A stretch of DNA of 54,729 nt, counting the filler, from Porpidia crustulata (lineage: Eukaryota): assembly GCA_964255105.1 (NCBI GenBank). It is 3 parts of 3 records of this genome, joined end to end, with 100 filler letters (N's around TTAATTAATTAA, not from the genome) between each part and the next. Parts side by side here need not be neighbours in the genome. Positions count along the whole stretch, not along the records: positions 1 to 18,210 come from CAXUWE010000188.1; positions 18,311 to 36,481 come from CAXUWE010000189.1; 1 more part is not named here. One strand, given 5' to 3'. The notes beneath the pieces are model-generated. The model was not told the origin of the DNA. It saw nothing but the letters and a program-made list of their open reading frames with translations, and ran no database searches. Positions 12,305 through 23,458 of this stretch are shown piece by piece. Each line of letters begins with the position of its first letter. Positions within the stretch are counted from its first letter, which is position 1. The translations under genes were made by a program, and so were the position numbers.

Positions 12305-13937
12305 ATGCAGACCACTCTAAGTGCCCTGGTGGCACTTGCTCTCTTCACCTCATCAAACGCACATTCCTGGGTCGAACAGATGGATGTCATCGCACCAAAT
12401 GGATCATTCACCGGTGACCCTGGCTTTGCTCGTGGCAACTGCGCGCGCGCAACGACTGGCAACCCCGACAAGTGTATGGTTTACCTTCTTCCTCCGAACG
12501 GCAGAGCCGAAGCGAACAAAATCCTTGATTCAGATCCAATGTGTATGCCATCGCAACAAACCCAGACTCAGTCGAAAGACAGCCCAAGGCTTCAAGCAGC
12601 CCCAGGGAGTCTTGTCGCCCTTCGCTATCAAGAGAACGGCCACGTCACACTTCCCCTAAATCAAGCAGGGAAGCCGGAGAAGGGTGGGATTGTGTACATC
12701 TACGGCACCACCCAACCAGACCCAAATGATAAATTCTTAGCAATCCACAAGGTCTGGAATGCTGACGGAACTGGTGGCGACAAGCGTGGAAAGCTTCTTG
12801 CTGCGCAGAATTATGACGACGGCCAATGCCACCAAAAGAACGGTGGCAAGATCTCTACCGACCGTCAACAAACCTTCAAAACTGTCCCCGCCCAACCCAT
12901 GGGCGAAGATCTTTGGTGCCAAAATGACATTGCTATTCCCGCCGACGCTCCTTCAGGGAAGCCTTACACCCTGTATTGGGTGTGGGACTGGCCAACACTT
13001 CCCGGGGGCGACCCTAACCTACCCAAAGGGAAGAGCGAGTCCTACACAACTGTAAGTTTATTCCCCTCGAAATCCTACTTGCGTTGATTGAACTATGCTA
13101 ACGTGGAGACTGTTTAGTGTATGGACGTCGATATCACAGGCAAACCGGCAACAAACGCTAAGGAAGTGTCTACTGTCCAAGCTGCGAGCGACTCGACTCG
13201 CAATTTCATGGCAATTCCCAGCTATGTGAAAGCCTTAGCACAAGGTTCAGGCATTATCGCTTCCGCGGGCCAAGGATCTACCGCGACTGGTCCACAGTCT
13301 CCAGCTGCCTCCGCTCCAGCTGCTTCTGCTCCAGCTGGCCCCGCTCCAGCTGCCCCTGCTCCAGCTGCCCCTGCTCCAGCTGCCCCTGCTCCAGCTGCCC
13401 CTGCTCCAGCTGNNNNNNNNNNNNNNNNNNNNNNNNNNNNNNNNNNNNNNNNNNNNNNNNNNNNNNNNNNNNNNNNNNNNNNNNNNNNNNNNNNNNNNNN
13501 NNNNNNNNNNNNCCTCCGCTCCAGCTCCAGCTCCTGCCGCTCCAGCCGCCTCTGCTCCAGCTGCAGGCTCGCAGCCGGCTCAAAGCCAAGTTCCAGTACC
13601 TCAAGTCACGCCCCCGGTTCCATCTTCGTCAGCTGCAGCGCCCACGTCAGCACTTGCCAGCCCAGCCACAGTGACTGTGACCGCATCTGCGCAGCCTATT
13701 ACCGTCACGGTGAGCGCAGGAGCGCCACAAAATCCTTCAACGACGTTCACTACAGTCCCCAAATCCACCGTCACTGTCTCTGATGCCTCCAGCGGTGCTC
13801 CAGTATCAGCAACCTTCACAGGAACTGCCTCGGCAGTGCCTGCGTCGGCGGCAGCAGCGAATTTTCAATGCGATCATTGCAAGATGCGCCGTCAAACGAA
13901 GATTCTCAGCAAAGCCGCAAAAGCTCCTCAGGCTTGA
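12305..13937 (+). CDS. Secreted protein: signal peptide, His1-initiated LPMO-like domain (DUF7492-like), Pro/Ala repeat linker and Ser/Thr-rich tail; exons 12305-13051, 13118-13937 (spans 100-N gap)
   Basis: MQTTLSALVALALFTSSNA|HSWVEQM; ENGHVT; YTLYWVWDW; ESYTT|CMDVDI across intron 13052-13117 (GTAAGT..GCTAAC..TAG). The post-gap frame runs to TGA at 13937. Confidence 0.85.
13301..13563 (+). repeat. Coding minisatellite, 15-bp unit GCTCCAGCTGCCCCT encoding (APAAP)n, interrupted by an assembly gap at 13413-13512
   Basis: Tandem units are directly visible before the 100-N gap, with degenerate units after it. Confidence 0.9.
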
Positions 13938-16239
13938 GTTTGAGAGCTTTACGCAAGTGCGGAATCCTCAAATCCTCCACATTCTTTTCGACCATTTGAT
14001 ATGCGAATATAATCACTATCGTTTGATGGCAGGATTCACGAAAGTGGGCACTATCAGAGGATCAAGTCTCAACTGTTTTCCTAAGTCCTTGCAAAGCCCA
14101 CAATACATCTATTTGCTTGCGGATACCCATAGAATCATATACCTTTTCGTGTAAAATATCTCAATTTCTTTAAGACCCTGATGGTCTTAGCCCTGGTGCA
14201 AAACCCGAGCATGCCTTTTTTATGTCATCTACAGACAGTACCATAGACTGTAAATAATCTTGTCAATATGAGTTCACTTGATTTCAGTGAGAGCTACCAT
14301 GATGTGCATGGATGATACCAATGTTTGTATGTGGGCTATGTAGCCTCGAAAATGGACATTGAGTCTCTGAAACACTAGAACCAGTTGACAACATGTAATA
14401 GCAGGAAGAATGGCGACCAGAGTCAAGGCCGTATCTTGCAACACTAATTTGAACATTAACAGGCAAGCCTAGAGATCTTTTGTTAAACAGTTCTAAATAT
14501 CGACACTCGTGCAGGTCGATCAACACTGAACGTGTTTCTGTTGTTCTTGAGTAGTTAGATGCTAGATCATCAACGTGCTCTGAAGTCTCCGAATGAATAA
14601 TGTGCTTTACGCCTCTCAGCAACAAATCGATTTAGGCTCAGCGTTTGCACGCTCACGCTGTCTCATCCAAAGTTCGGATCGATAAGCTGTCACTGCGCTA
14701 TACACAGCACAATATATCTTGCACACACGCTCGGATCACAGGTATCTTGCAACATCCGCTTGAATTAAGGCAATTCGGTAGTTTAGGGTTATGGCCCGCC
14801 TTTTGTGGCTAGGGTTAGCTCGACTTGAACAAAGACAGTTCGAGCGTTTGCAAGCTACGCAAGCCAAACAAAGTACATATTCTCCTTCTGGTTATAACTG
14901 CAATGGCGCATACACAAATTGCCACGTTTGTCTATGAGCGCGACCGCTCAGCGGCTAACCACATTCCAGGTCTGAGACCCTGGATTCCCTATTGAGGTCG
15001 AGTACCTGCATCCATAGTGGACTTCCATCCCCGTCCCAAGACCTTTACGGTAACCGGCGAAATGGCACGTCCAGTACGCGGCATTACTCGGTATATTCCG
15101 TCCATTGAGATTGTCACGCCCGCGCAATCGTCATGCTGTGCTACGAATTATCGGAGTTAGAGCTGGACCTTCTCATAACCACGCTGTGAGCGCCCCCATC
15201 ATGCCAGTCCACGGGAGACAAAGCACTCGGACTCCCACGGAACACAAAACCCTTTATTACAGATAGCTTGGTTCTCTCTAGAAAAAGACACTTGACGAAA
15301 GAGTCGGCTGTGGCGTTCCAGTACTCAACAATAAATTTCACATTTGGATATTGCTGAACTGAGCGCTAGGGATTTGATATGATACTTCTATTTCCGGCCC
15401 TCTGATCTATTCGGGATTGATCTCATTAGCAATGCGATCTTCCTCTTATATATCATATATACAAGGATTCGTACAGTCCCAATGCAGGATGATCGGTCTA
15501 AACCATCGAGCCTCAGCGGCTATGCAAGCATGGCGCTCAGGCATATCGGCAATATCACGTCTGGGGAAGCGGGGAAGCGAGATGTCAGAGATCACACCAT
15601 GATGCAGTGGGCCTTCACATCGTTCCTCTTCTGTTGCCCTTGGCGGGGCAGAATGTTGTCGCCACCTCTACCATTTGTGACGCGTAAAATGGGCAAGCAA
15701 ATTCTGAAACATGCCTGGCCTGGTCGTGCTCCCGCAACGCTTATAACGCTTGCCAGAAGCTCAGGCTAACCAAACTCCTGGCCGTTCCGAAGGATTTATC
15801 ATCACTGAATTTTGCGATATTACCGGAATTCGATCACCACCGAGGTCAGAAGAAGCACTGACAGCGAATCTATAGGTGCAAAGCTGATCCGAACCATTGT
15901 ATCGCTCGGCTGAGAAGTTTAATCATATCTGCACGTCACCTTCATCGAGCTTTGAGGTATGCTAATTTACCTTGATGCTTCGATGCGTCGGTGTATGCGA
16001 ACCTGGAGAACTTTCTCCACGCACTTAGATTTTCGTTGAAAAAGGGCTACAAAAGCTCTGTTCCGCTAGCGATATGCTGATCATTTTTGTCCTTAAGCTC
16101 GTCATAAGTTCGATCATGGCACTTGTGAATTTAATTGTGACTCAACCTACGTCAGTGAGGGACTGCATAGGTTTCTGTATATTATATCGCATTCCTTTAG
16201 TTCTCTGTATGATTCGCTCGATAATTGCTTGCCAAAAAG

Positions 16240-17921
16240 ATGGGAAGGATGACATTATGGAACCGATACAAAGATATCGTTGCTGCAAACTGGCACTTGG
16301 GGTTTACGGCGTTCGGAGGCGCACCAGTACAATTTCAAATTGTGAGAAGTCTTGCACGAGATGGGAAGCAGAGCTTCTTGCCGAGGCAGCGCTGACCAGA
16401 CGAAGCTTCATGGGAAATTTGTCGAAGAACTTGAGTGGATCGACGAGGTTATGGTTAGTAGTGTAACGATCAATCCCACATGCCTCAATTGACTCCTGCC
16501 AAAGTTTCAGCAAATTTTCGGGATCAGTCAAGCCCTTCCGGGGTCAGCGAGCGTCAAGATGCTATTTTGCATCAACACGATACATGGCGGTTACGCAGCT
16601 GGGTTTCTGGCATTTGTTCTATTCTGGTAATCACCAGTCCACTCGGTGGACGCTGGTCTCTCTTCCTGACAATGTCAACAGTCTACCAGGCGCCATTGGC
16701 ATGTATGCCCTATCGCTAGGGATCTTGCAAGTTGGCAGTACGCTTCCTACGCCTGTCTTCGCGCTGTTGTCTGGCCTGAATGCGGCCACTGTAGGAATCA
16801 TTGCATTGGCAGCCGTTCGTCTCGCCGAGAAGGCTATCACGGATAAGGTGACAAGAGCTCTTGTGTATCTAGGTGGTATCCTAGGGATGCTGCACACGGC
16901 GTTATGGTATTATCCAGTAATCATGGTTGGCGCAGGGTTAACAACAATGATATGGGACCTAAGATATCCACATGCAATCATTCGACTTCTTCAACGGTGC
17001 CGACGAAAATCGGCTGTTGAAAGAAAGTTGGCGGCTGATCTTGAACGATACGATTCTGGCTCTTCTAGTCAGGACAGCGAATACTCCCTCGAAAAGCCAT
17101 TACCGCCACTTCCTCTTGTCTACAAAAGAGAGCGAACCGACTCCCTCTCACCTCCACCACTCAAAGTCCCATTGAGCCGATACGCTCTGACTCCGATGAG
17201 CGCAGAAAAGCTTGACCTCAAGGCCGACCCTCCCGCCGACTTCCCCGCCATGTCCTGGAAATTCGGCGCCCTTATCCTCACCCTCTTTGTTGCCACCTTC
17301 GTCACCATTCTCGTCCTCAACATCATGTACCCCAACACCTCCCGCGGCTTTTCCCTATTCGCCGACCTCTACCTCGCCGGTACCATCATCTTCGGCGGTG
17401 GCCCCGTCGTCATCCCGCTGTTGCGTGAATACATCGTGACCCAAGGCTGGGTCTCTCCCCGTAATTTTCTCCTCGGCCTCGCCGTCATCCAAGCCTTCCC
17501 AGGCCCCAACTTCAACTTCGCCGTCTACCTCGGCTCCCTCGCCACAGCCGGCACAAGCCTCCCTTCCATCGCCGGAGCTATGATTGCATTTGTAGCGATT
17601 TTCACACCCGGTCTGATAATTGTGCTAGGGTTCATGGGCTTGTGGAGCATTCTGAAGTCGAGAACTTGGTTCCTATCGATACTGCGCGGAGTCAATGCCG
17701 CCGCGGTCGGTCTCGTATATACCGCCGTGTACAAGCTGTGGGAGATGGGATACCTGACCGCGGCGGTCCAAGGCGGCAGCCCGCTCGGCACCGATCCCTG
17801 GCTCGTGGCCATCACCGCGACGGCGTTTGTCGGATGCGCGTGGTTCAAGCTGAACCCGCCGCTGGCGATCTTGCTCGGAGGGACGTTGGGCATGCTCAAG
17901 TACGCCGTCGTCCGGAGCTGA
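16240..17921 (+). CDS. Chromate ion transporter (CHR family, bidomain); exons 16240-16341, 16406-16453, 16505-16626, 16682-17921
   Basis: LGFTAFGG...FVEELEWIDE...SQALPG in the N-half; GTIIFGGGPVVIPLLREYIV...QAFPGPNFNFAVYLG in the C-half; three GT-AG introns in frame. Confidence 0.9.
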
Positions 17922-18210
17922 CCTCTACACGCATATTCGCTCGCTCGCGCGGGACGCTCCTCTGAACCACCAGCATTGTCACCCCATCCGCTGCCGACCC
18001 ACCACTCCAAGAAAAAAAAACCCAAACCCCTCCACCAACCCTCCAGAGAAAAAAAAGGGTTCGAATCACGCATTTGTACGAAGGTAAAAAACGGCGTTTT
18101 GTGCATTTCATACGGGGTGTATTGAATAAAAGTTCACGCATCATAGAAAAGAAGCTGTACGAATAATGCTATTGTGGGCCGGCCCAGACAATGTGGGGCG
18201 CTGGGGGGGT

Positions 18211-18310
18211 NNNNNNNNNNNNNNNNNNNNNNNNNNNNNNNNNNNNNNNNNNNNTTAATTAATTAANNNNNNNNNNNNNNNNNNNNNNNNNNNNNNNNNN
18301 NNNNNNNNNN
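18211..18310. other. Artificial scaffold-joining spacer (N44-TTAATTAATTAA-N44)
   Basis: Six-frame stop linker TTAATTAATTAA at 18255-18266 embedded in Ns. Confidence 0.97.
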
Positions 18311-18500
18311 CAAGTTGGAAGACTTGGTCCAATACTACTAGATATGGTGGGTATGGCCGTAACAAGTTATATTGTGTTTTATAATAAACATTTATAATCT
18401 GTCATCGCCTTTAGGCGGCATTTCTTGTTTATACGTTTATTAAATAATACGATGTTATTATCGTACGCTTACGGTAATATTAAACCCTTAAGCTCCGCTA

Positions 18501-18608
18501 AGGTATGCATCCCTAGTTCGGTCACCATTCTAAGGGTTAGGGTTTCAGGATTGATTCCAAGTTGATGTGACCGAACTAGGAGTTTGACCGAACTAGGGGT
18601 GTGAACGG
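18501..18608. mobile_element. 108-bp MITE-like element with TA flanks, imperfect TIRs and a telomere-like TAAGGGTTAGGG core
   Basis: CCCTAGTTCGGTCA (18511-18524) is inverted as TGACCGAACTAGGG (18585-18598), with a second inverted copy at 18567-18580. TA at 18499-18500 and 18609-18610, each 10 nt outside the core TIR. Confidence 0.7.
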
Positions 18609-19289
18609 TAGCTAAGCGTGCTAAGGTAGGCTAGAGTGGCTAGTGACTTTAGTCGAGTACGGATCTATGTAATCTAACGGCTGTCGGACTGAAGGCCAGC
18701 AATTCCTAACGTTAGGAATTCCTACAGTGATCCAATTCAAACGACGACGACTCAATTCTGACACGTAGCGCTGGAATTGTATTGTGACAATCCTATGATT
18801 ACCCTGCTTACGGATGACCTTGCTAAGGAGCTTATGAACGCCACCTTCCAATTCTATAAATTTGTTCCATAATCTGACAGCGCCGACTGCTTGGCTGTTG
18901 TTCTCTCTAGACTATCATTCTTCCTCGAAATTAATACGAAGAAGAGCCTCGTTAAAAGCGAATTACCTAGACAGAGCTCTGAACACTGAAATAATTCCGA
19001 TGGTGGATCGGAAGTAAAAAGTTCGTTGTTGGTGGTAAACTAATACGAATCAGACGATACCAAGATTGACAGGCTTTCATCCAGGTTTGTGACGGAAATT
19101 GGCATCAATTTTGGTGTTTGATGGCCATTGTTGAAGTGTGACGACAACTTCCAGCTCTGGTTACAGCAGATGCTGTAACCATATGCAGCCCCGGAAAGAA
19201 ATGTTTCGAGCCTTTGAGATTGTTGCAAGCAAATATTTTTCCAAGACAAGCTGCTATAGCCATACAACATAAGCAATGGAGAAAACTTC

Positions 19290-20098
19290 AAACTCGACGA
19301 ATATCTTCTGTCATTTTATTTTTGGAGCCATTGATAGCCTCTTCACCAATTGTAGCTTATCTAAGGTCTTCAAAGAAAGTCCATAAGCCTTGACGAAAAT
19401 CGCCGACCAATTGCTTGCCGGTGTCTAGTATAGCATCCTTGGGTATGCTTGGGTTTAACGGCCCGGGTGCAACAGTTGAGGTCTTAGCAGGGTCTGCAAA
19501 AGCATCTCTTCGTCTAGAATAGGACGAATCGTGCGGTTTCTCGTTCGGTTTTGCAGAGTTTGCAGAGTTTGCAGAGTTTGCAGACGGCTCGATTGTGGGG
19601 GACTGGCTGATCTCGTCAATTTTTGTAGCTGTCGGCGAAAGTAGTGATAGAGTTTTCAGGTGTTTTGAACTTGAGAAGACCTTGCGCTGGGAGTGAGTCC
19701 GCTCGTCAGATGCTAACCTCTGTCTGTCTTGCTCCCGGCAGCTTGAGGATAATTCCGCATCGTCCACTATTCTAGAACTGGTGGTTCAATGGCTGGAGCT
19801 GCGAAACGTGGCGCATTTCGTTTCTCCTCCTCGTTGCCTCATACATTGCCCATTGCTTCTTCAACTTCGCAAGATCGTGCTCGGCCCTGTGAAGGTTTTC
19901 GCGGAGTTCTAGTACGAGTCGCTCTTGCGATACTAATGCTGTAAGAAAGGAACTTGCGTCACTGGCTAGTGGTATTCTCTTCTCCGGCGAAAGTGGTCTG
20001 ACTGGGATAACAGGTGTTTTCGGGACTGACGACGAGGGAGTGTGCGACGCATTGTGCGCATGCATCGTGGGGGAACTCTCCAAGCTTTGTCGAGTCAT
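19290..20098 (-). pseudogene. Disrupted DUF4048-like coiled-coil protein gene (frameshift plus premature TAA)
   Basis: FLTALVSQERLVLELRENLHRAEHDLAKLKKQW, then in another frame RKVFSSSKHLKTLSLLSP and GKQLVGDFRQGLWTFFEDLR*ATIGEEA. Frame change near 19780 with no room for a normal intron; in-frame TAA at 19359-19357. Confidence 0.65.
19550..19585. repeat. 9-bp tandem repeat (TTTGCAGAG)x4 encoding SANSANSANSAK on the minus strand
   Basis: Directly visible. Confidence 0.85.
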
Positions 20099-21455
20099 TG
20101 TATGGGCCTCCAGTAGTACGTGCAACCCAGATCCAGGTAAGATGAGCACGGAGAAATGAACCGTAGCAATACCCTCTGATAATCTTCCAAGAGCTTTAGT
20201 TAAGAAGGCAGATAATTGGAATACCTGGTGTCGTCTGTCGCAGGTCAACGTACTCGACAGCCAACAGTATTGAGTATATCAGAGGAAACCACTGACTGCG
20301 GCAATCGTCATGTCTGGTCTTGATAGGCTGATCTTCGGATTGTAGTTTTCTATGACCATCTCGCATGTGCGTATGAATCAATAGGCAATCGCCGGCAGAA
20401 GATCGCCTAATCACAGAAAATTGTCTATACTGCGCCAATCCATTAGACGATTATCGCTCCCTTCATACACAAATATCTCCAACTATATGTAACCCAAGGT
20501 GCCAAGCACTAGCTAAATCCTTCAACGGACCATCTTAACACTAACATCATTCTCAAGCCCTAACCCTAGCCGCTATCACTCTTTAAGGGGATGATCAGAG
20601 GCTTTGGAACTTTTCTGTCACAGACGTCGAAATTATTAAGTTCACAATTCAGTCAAACAACGACGACTCAGAAATCTCTAAGAATTACACATATACCATA
20701 TCATACTTTGAACATCTAATCAGCGTACTGAGTCCGATGCTGACTTCTAATGATTGTGGATATTTATTGATCATAACAGAGAGGACCAGGACTCCATAAA
20801 CCCAATTTTAAATATGATAACGCTGTTGCGACGTTGAATTTATAAAAATCGTTATCAAGCTCAGATACGACGTAAAACTTTAATATATCAAAAAAAATTT
20901 GAACCAACACAATGATGTGTGAAAAGATGTTTGTATGTGTATGTTTTTTTTCCGGCTTATGATTGTTAAACGCAAACTGACTGTGTAATCCTCAACATTG
21001 AACAAAGAATAGTTTCGACAAAGAATCCTAAATCATCGTTTAAGGTTTCCTCGAAAATGAAGCGAAGCGAAGCTCACTGAAATGTATCACGATATTTCGT
21101 ATCCAACTGAAGTTGGCATCTAGGAAGATCTACACGTAGAATTGGTATCCTGCTCCAAACAGAGTCTCGTGTCGCTAAGATCAGAGATTTCGCTGAAATG
21201 CAATATGGTACAAGAAGCTGCGCCTGTCAACAAACGTAACGCTGTCCTGGAAGGGCCGTCGAGGTCGTCGCACTCCAAGCGCGCTATGATCAGAAAACGC
21301 CACGGCTATCTATAAACAAGCAGACTTGGCAGTGGTCGACCCTCGGGCATGGTAATGCGCGCAACCAACGCTGTGCAAACATAGACAAAAAGGTAAACAG
21401 AGCTCCTATCAACGGGCTCCGAAAATGGTGTTATCTATGTGCTCATAAATAGTCA

Positions 21456-23458
21456 TCATCCAAGAACAGGCCATCTGTTCTTGAGACCATCGGTCCACTT
21501 GCTATACAATACATCGGCCAGTTGTTTGGTGTGCTCCATACCCGGAATCATCTGGCCTGGAAGATTTGATTGCCTCTCTGTCCACCCATCGTCGGCAGGC
21601 ATCAACGACGACTGTCGCCGGCGGTGGCTCTTCAAGTGTGGGTTATTCTGTGCTAGAACAAGCTTCGGTTTCTGCGGGGTCGAAGGTTGAGACGGAGGAA
21701 GCAACGGCAACAGTTTCGAGTCACTAATGAATTTTAGCATTCCTTCATTAAATCGAACTCAGATTGTAGCTTACCTGTGTACATTCTCCATAATGAGTTT
21801 CAGAAGATGGTACTCTCCCTCAGGATCATCATTGTCCAAAGCACTCCAAGCGTGAGCGACCCGAGAGATTGCTTCTCTCTTTGACTGATTTCCTGTCTGT
21901 GCGTACACTTCCTGAAACGCCTGGTCAATAGCCTTGGTATATGCTCGCCTTCCGAGGAGAGCCTCTTTGGTCAATGTTTCGGGCTGAAGTTCGTGATTCT
22001 CATCTCGGTCGGCTACTGTTCCGTTCGGTGATCGGTCTGGGGACTTATCGGATACGCGGCGAAATTGCCGCACTGTGGATGCGCTGTTTCCAAAACTCGT
22101 ACTGGGGCCCAAAGGTTGTTTTTGCCCGCTGACTTTGCGTTTTGAAGGGGGTACAAGCTGCGTTGGTGACGAGCGGCGTTTCATTGTCGCCACACGAACT
22201 GTCGAAGGAGGAGGTGCTGCCTTTGGAGCGATTTCGTCGATCGTTAGCCTGCTCATCATGTTTTTCGGGCTTCCCTGCAGCGGGTGCTGGCCACATGGAA
22301 CTTTCCGACGCCTCTGAGTACCTTTTGGCATTGCGACTGTTGGAGCCTTGACCGTGTCGAATACCCAGTCATCCTTCTCTTCTTGTAACGACATCGAGGT
22401 CATTGTCTCCTCATAGTACTTTGGATGTGCAGGCCGTCCTTGAGTACTTTCCCACATTTGCCGACGTTGGACAAGCTCCTGCAAACCCTCAAATCGCCCA
22501 GCATTTCGGACAAAGCGATGGTGTAACAATTCCCTTGCTGTAGGCCTACGATCGGGATCCTTGACCAAACATGCAGCCACAAAATCTTTGAACTCACGGC
22601 TGTAGTGGTTCCCTTCTAGCATGGGAGCAGGTGCCTTAGGAATTAAAAATAACACCTTCATAGGATGTGTGCTTGCGTTTGGTGGTTCTCCGTTGATCAT
22701 TTCCATGGCCGTTATACCCAAGGACCAAATATCTGCCTTGAAGTCGTATCCAGCCTGCTGAATAACCTCCGGTGCCATCCAGAATGGTGTCCCCACGAAA
22801 GTGTTTCGTTGCGATTTGATGTTCGTCAGCTGTGCTGCAACCCCGAAGTCGGCTAATTTTACTTTCCCGGCCTGTGAAAGTAGAATGTTGGCTGCTTTGA
22901 TATCACGGTGTATTTTGCCCTCTTGGTGCAAGTAGTTGAGTCCCAAAAGCAGCTCCCGGCAGATTATCGCTATATGACCTTCGTTGAATGGACCTGGTTT
23001 GAGCTGCAACAGTCAGCAAACGTTCTCTGTATATAGGGTAAGATCTGGTATTTACCAAATCTAGACATGACCCGCCCCCCAGATATTCCATCACAATCCA
23101 TAACTTATAACCTCGCAGAAAACTAGTCTTATACTGTGTTACGAAGGGGCTGTCACATGTGCTGAGAACCGAAATCTCTTGTTGTATGTCTTGTATGTCA
23201 TCGTCGCTGGACTCTAAATCGATCTATGATGCTTTTAGCGCACAAGACCGATGATCGTCGGTCATGCATCGTTTACTTACGTGCTTGATGGCAACCACTT
23301 CTCCTGTAGAGCGATCAATGGCCTTGTAGACAACTCCAAAGCTACCACCTGATTTTCTTAAATTAGTTATCCGAATAGAAGACGCTTTTGTAGAGGTGGG
23401 ACTGACTCCCAAGCTCTTCGAGTACTTGGTACTGGTTCGCCATTCCACCTTCGTCCAT
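21456..23458 (-). CDS. sid1: Ste20/GCK Ser/Thr kinase, Sid1/MST-like (septation initiation network type); 5 exons
   Basis: MDEGGMANQYQVLEELGS|GSFGVVYKA..VAIKH|IDLESSDDDIQDIQQEI..MEYLGGGSCLDL|LKPG..HRDIKAAN..DFG..GTPFWMAPE; C-terminal ADVLYSKWTDGLKNRW helix. Orthology to Sid1 rather than MST-1 is inferred. Confidence 0.9.

Noticed and set aside
13413..13512. Apparent frameshift in the secreted His1 protein
   Set aside because: Caused by a nominal 100-N gap within a collapsed 15-bp repeat.
18055..18075. GGGTTCGAATC after the CHR gene
   Set aside because: Isolated motif in an A-rich 3' region with no cloverleaf.
18255..18266. TTAATTAATTAA palindrome as a biological site (also 36526-36537)
   Set aside because: Standard six-frame stop linker centred in Ns; an assembly artefact.
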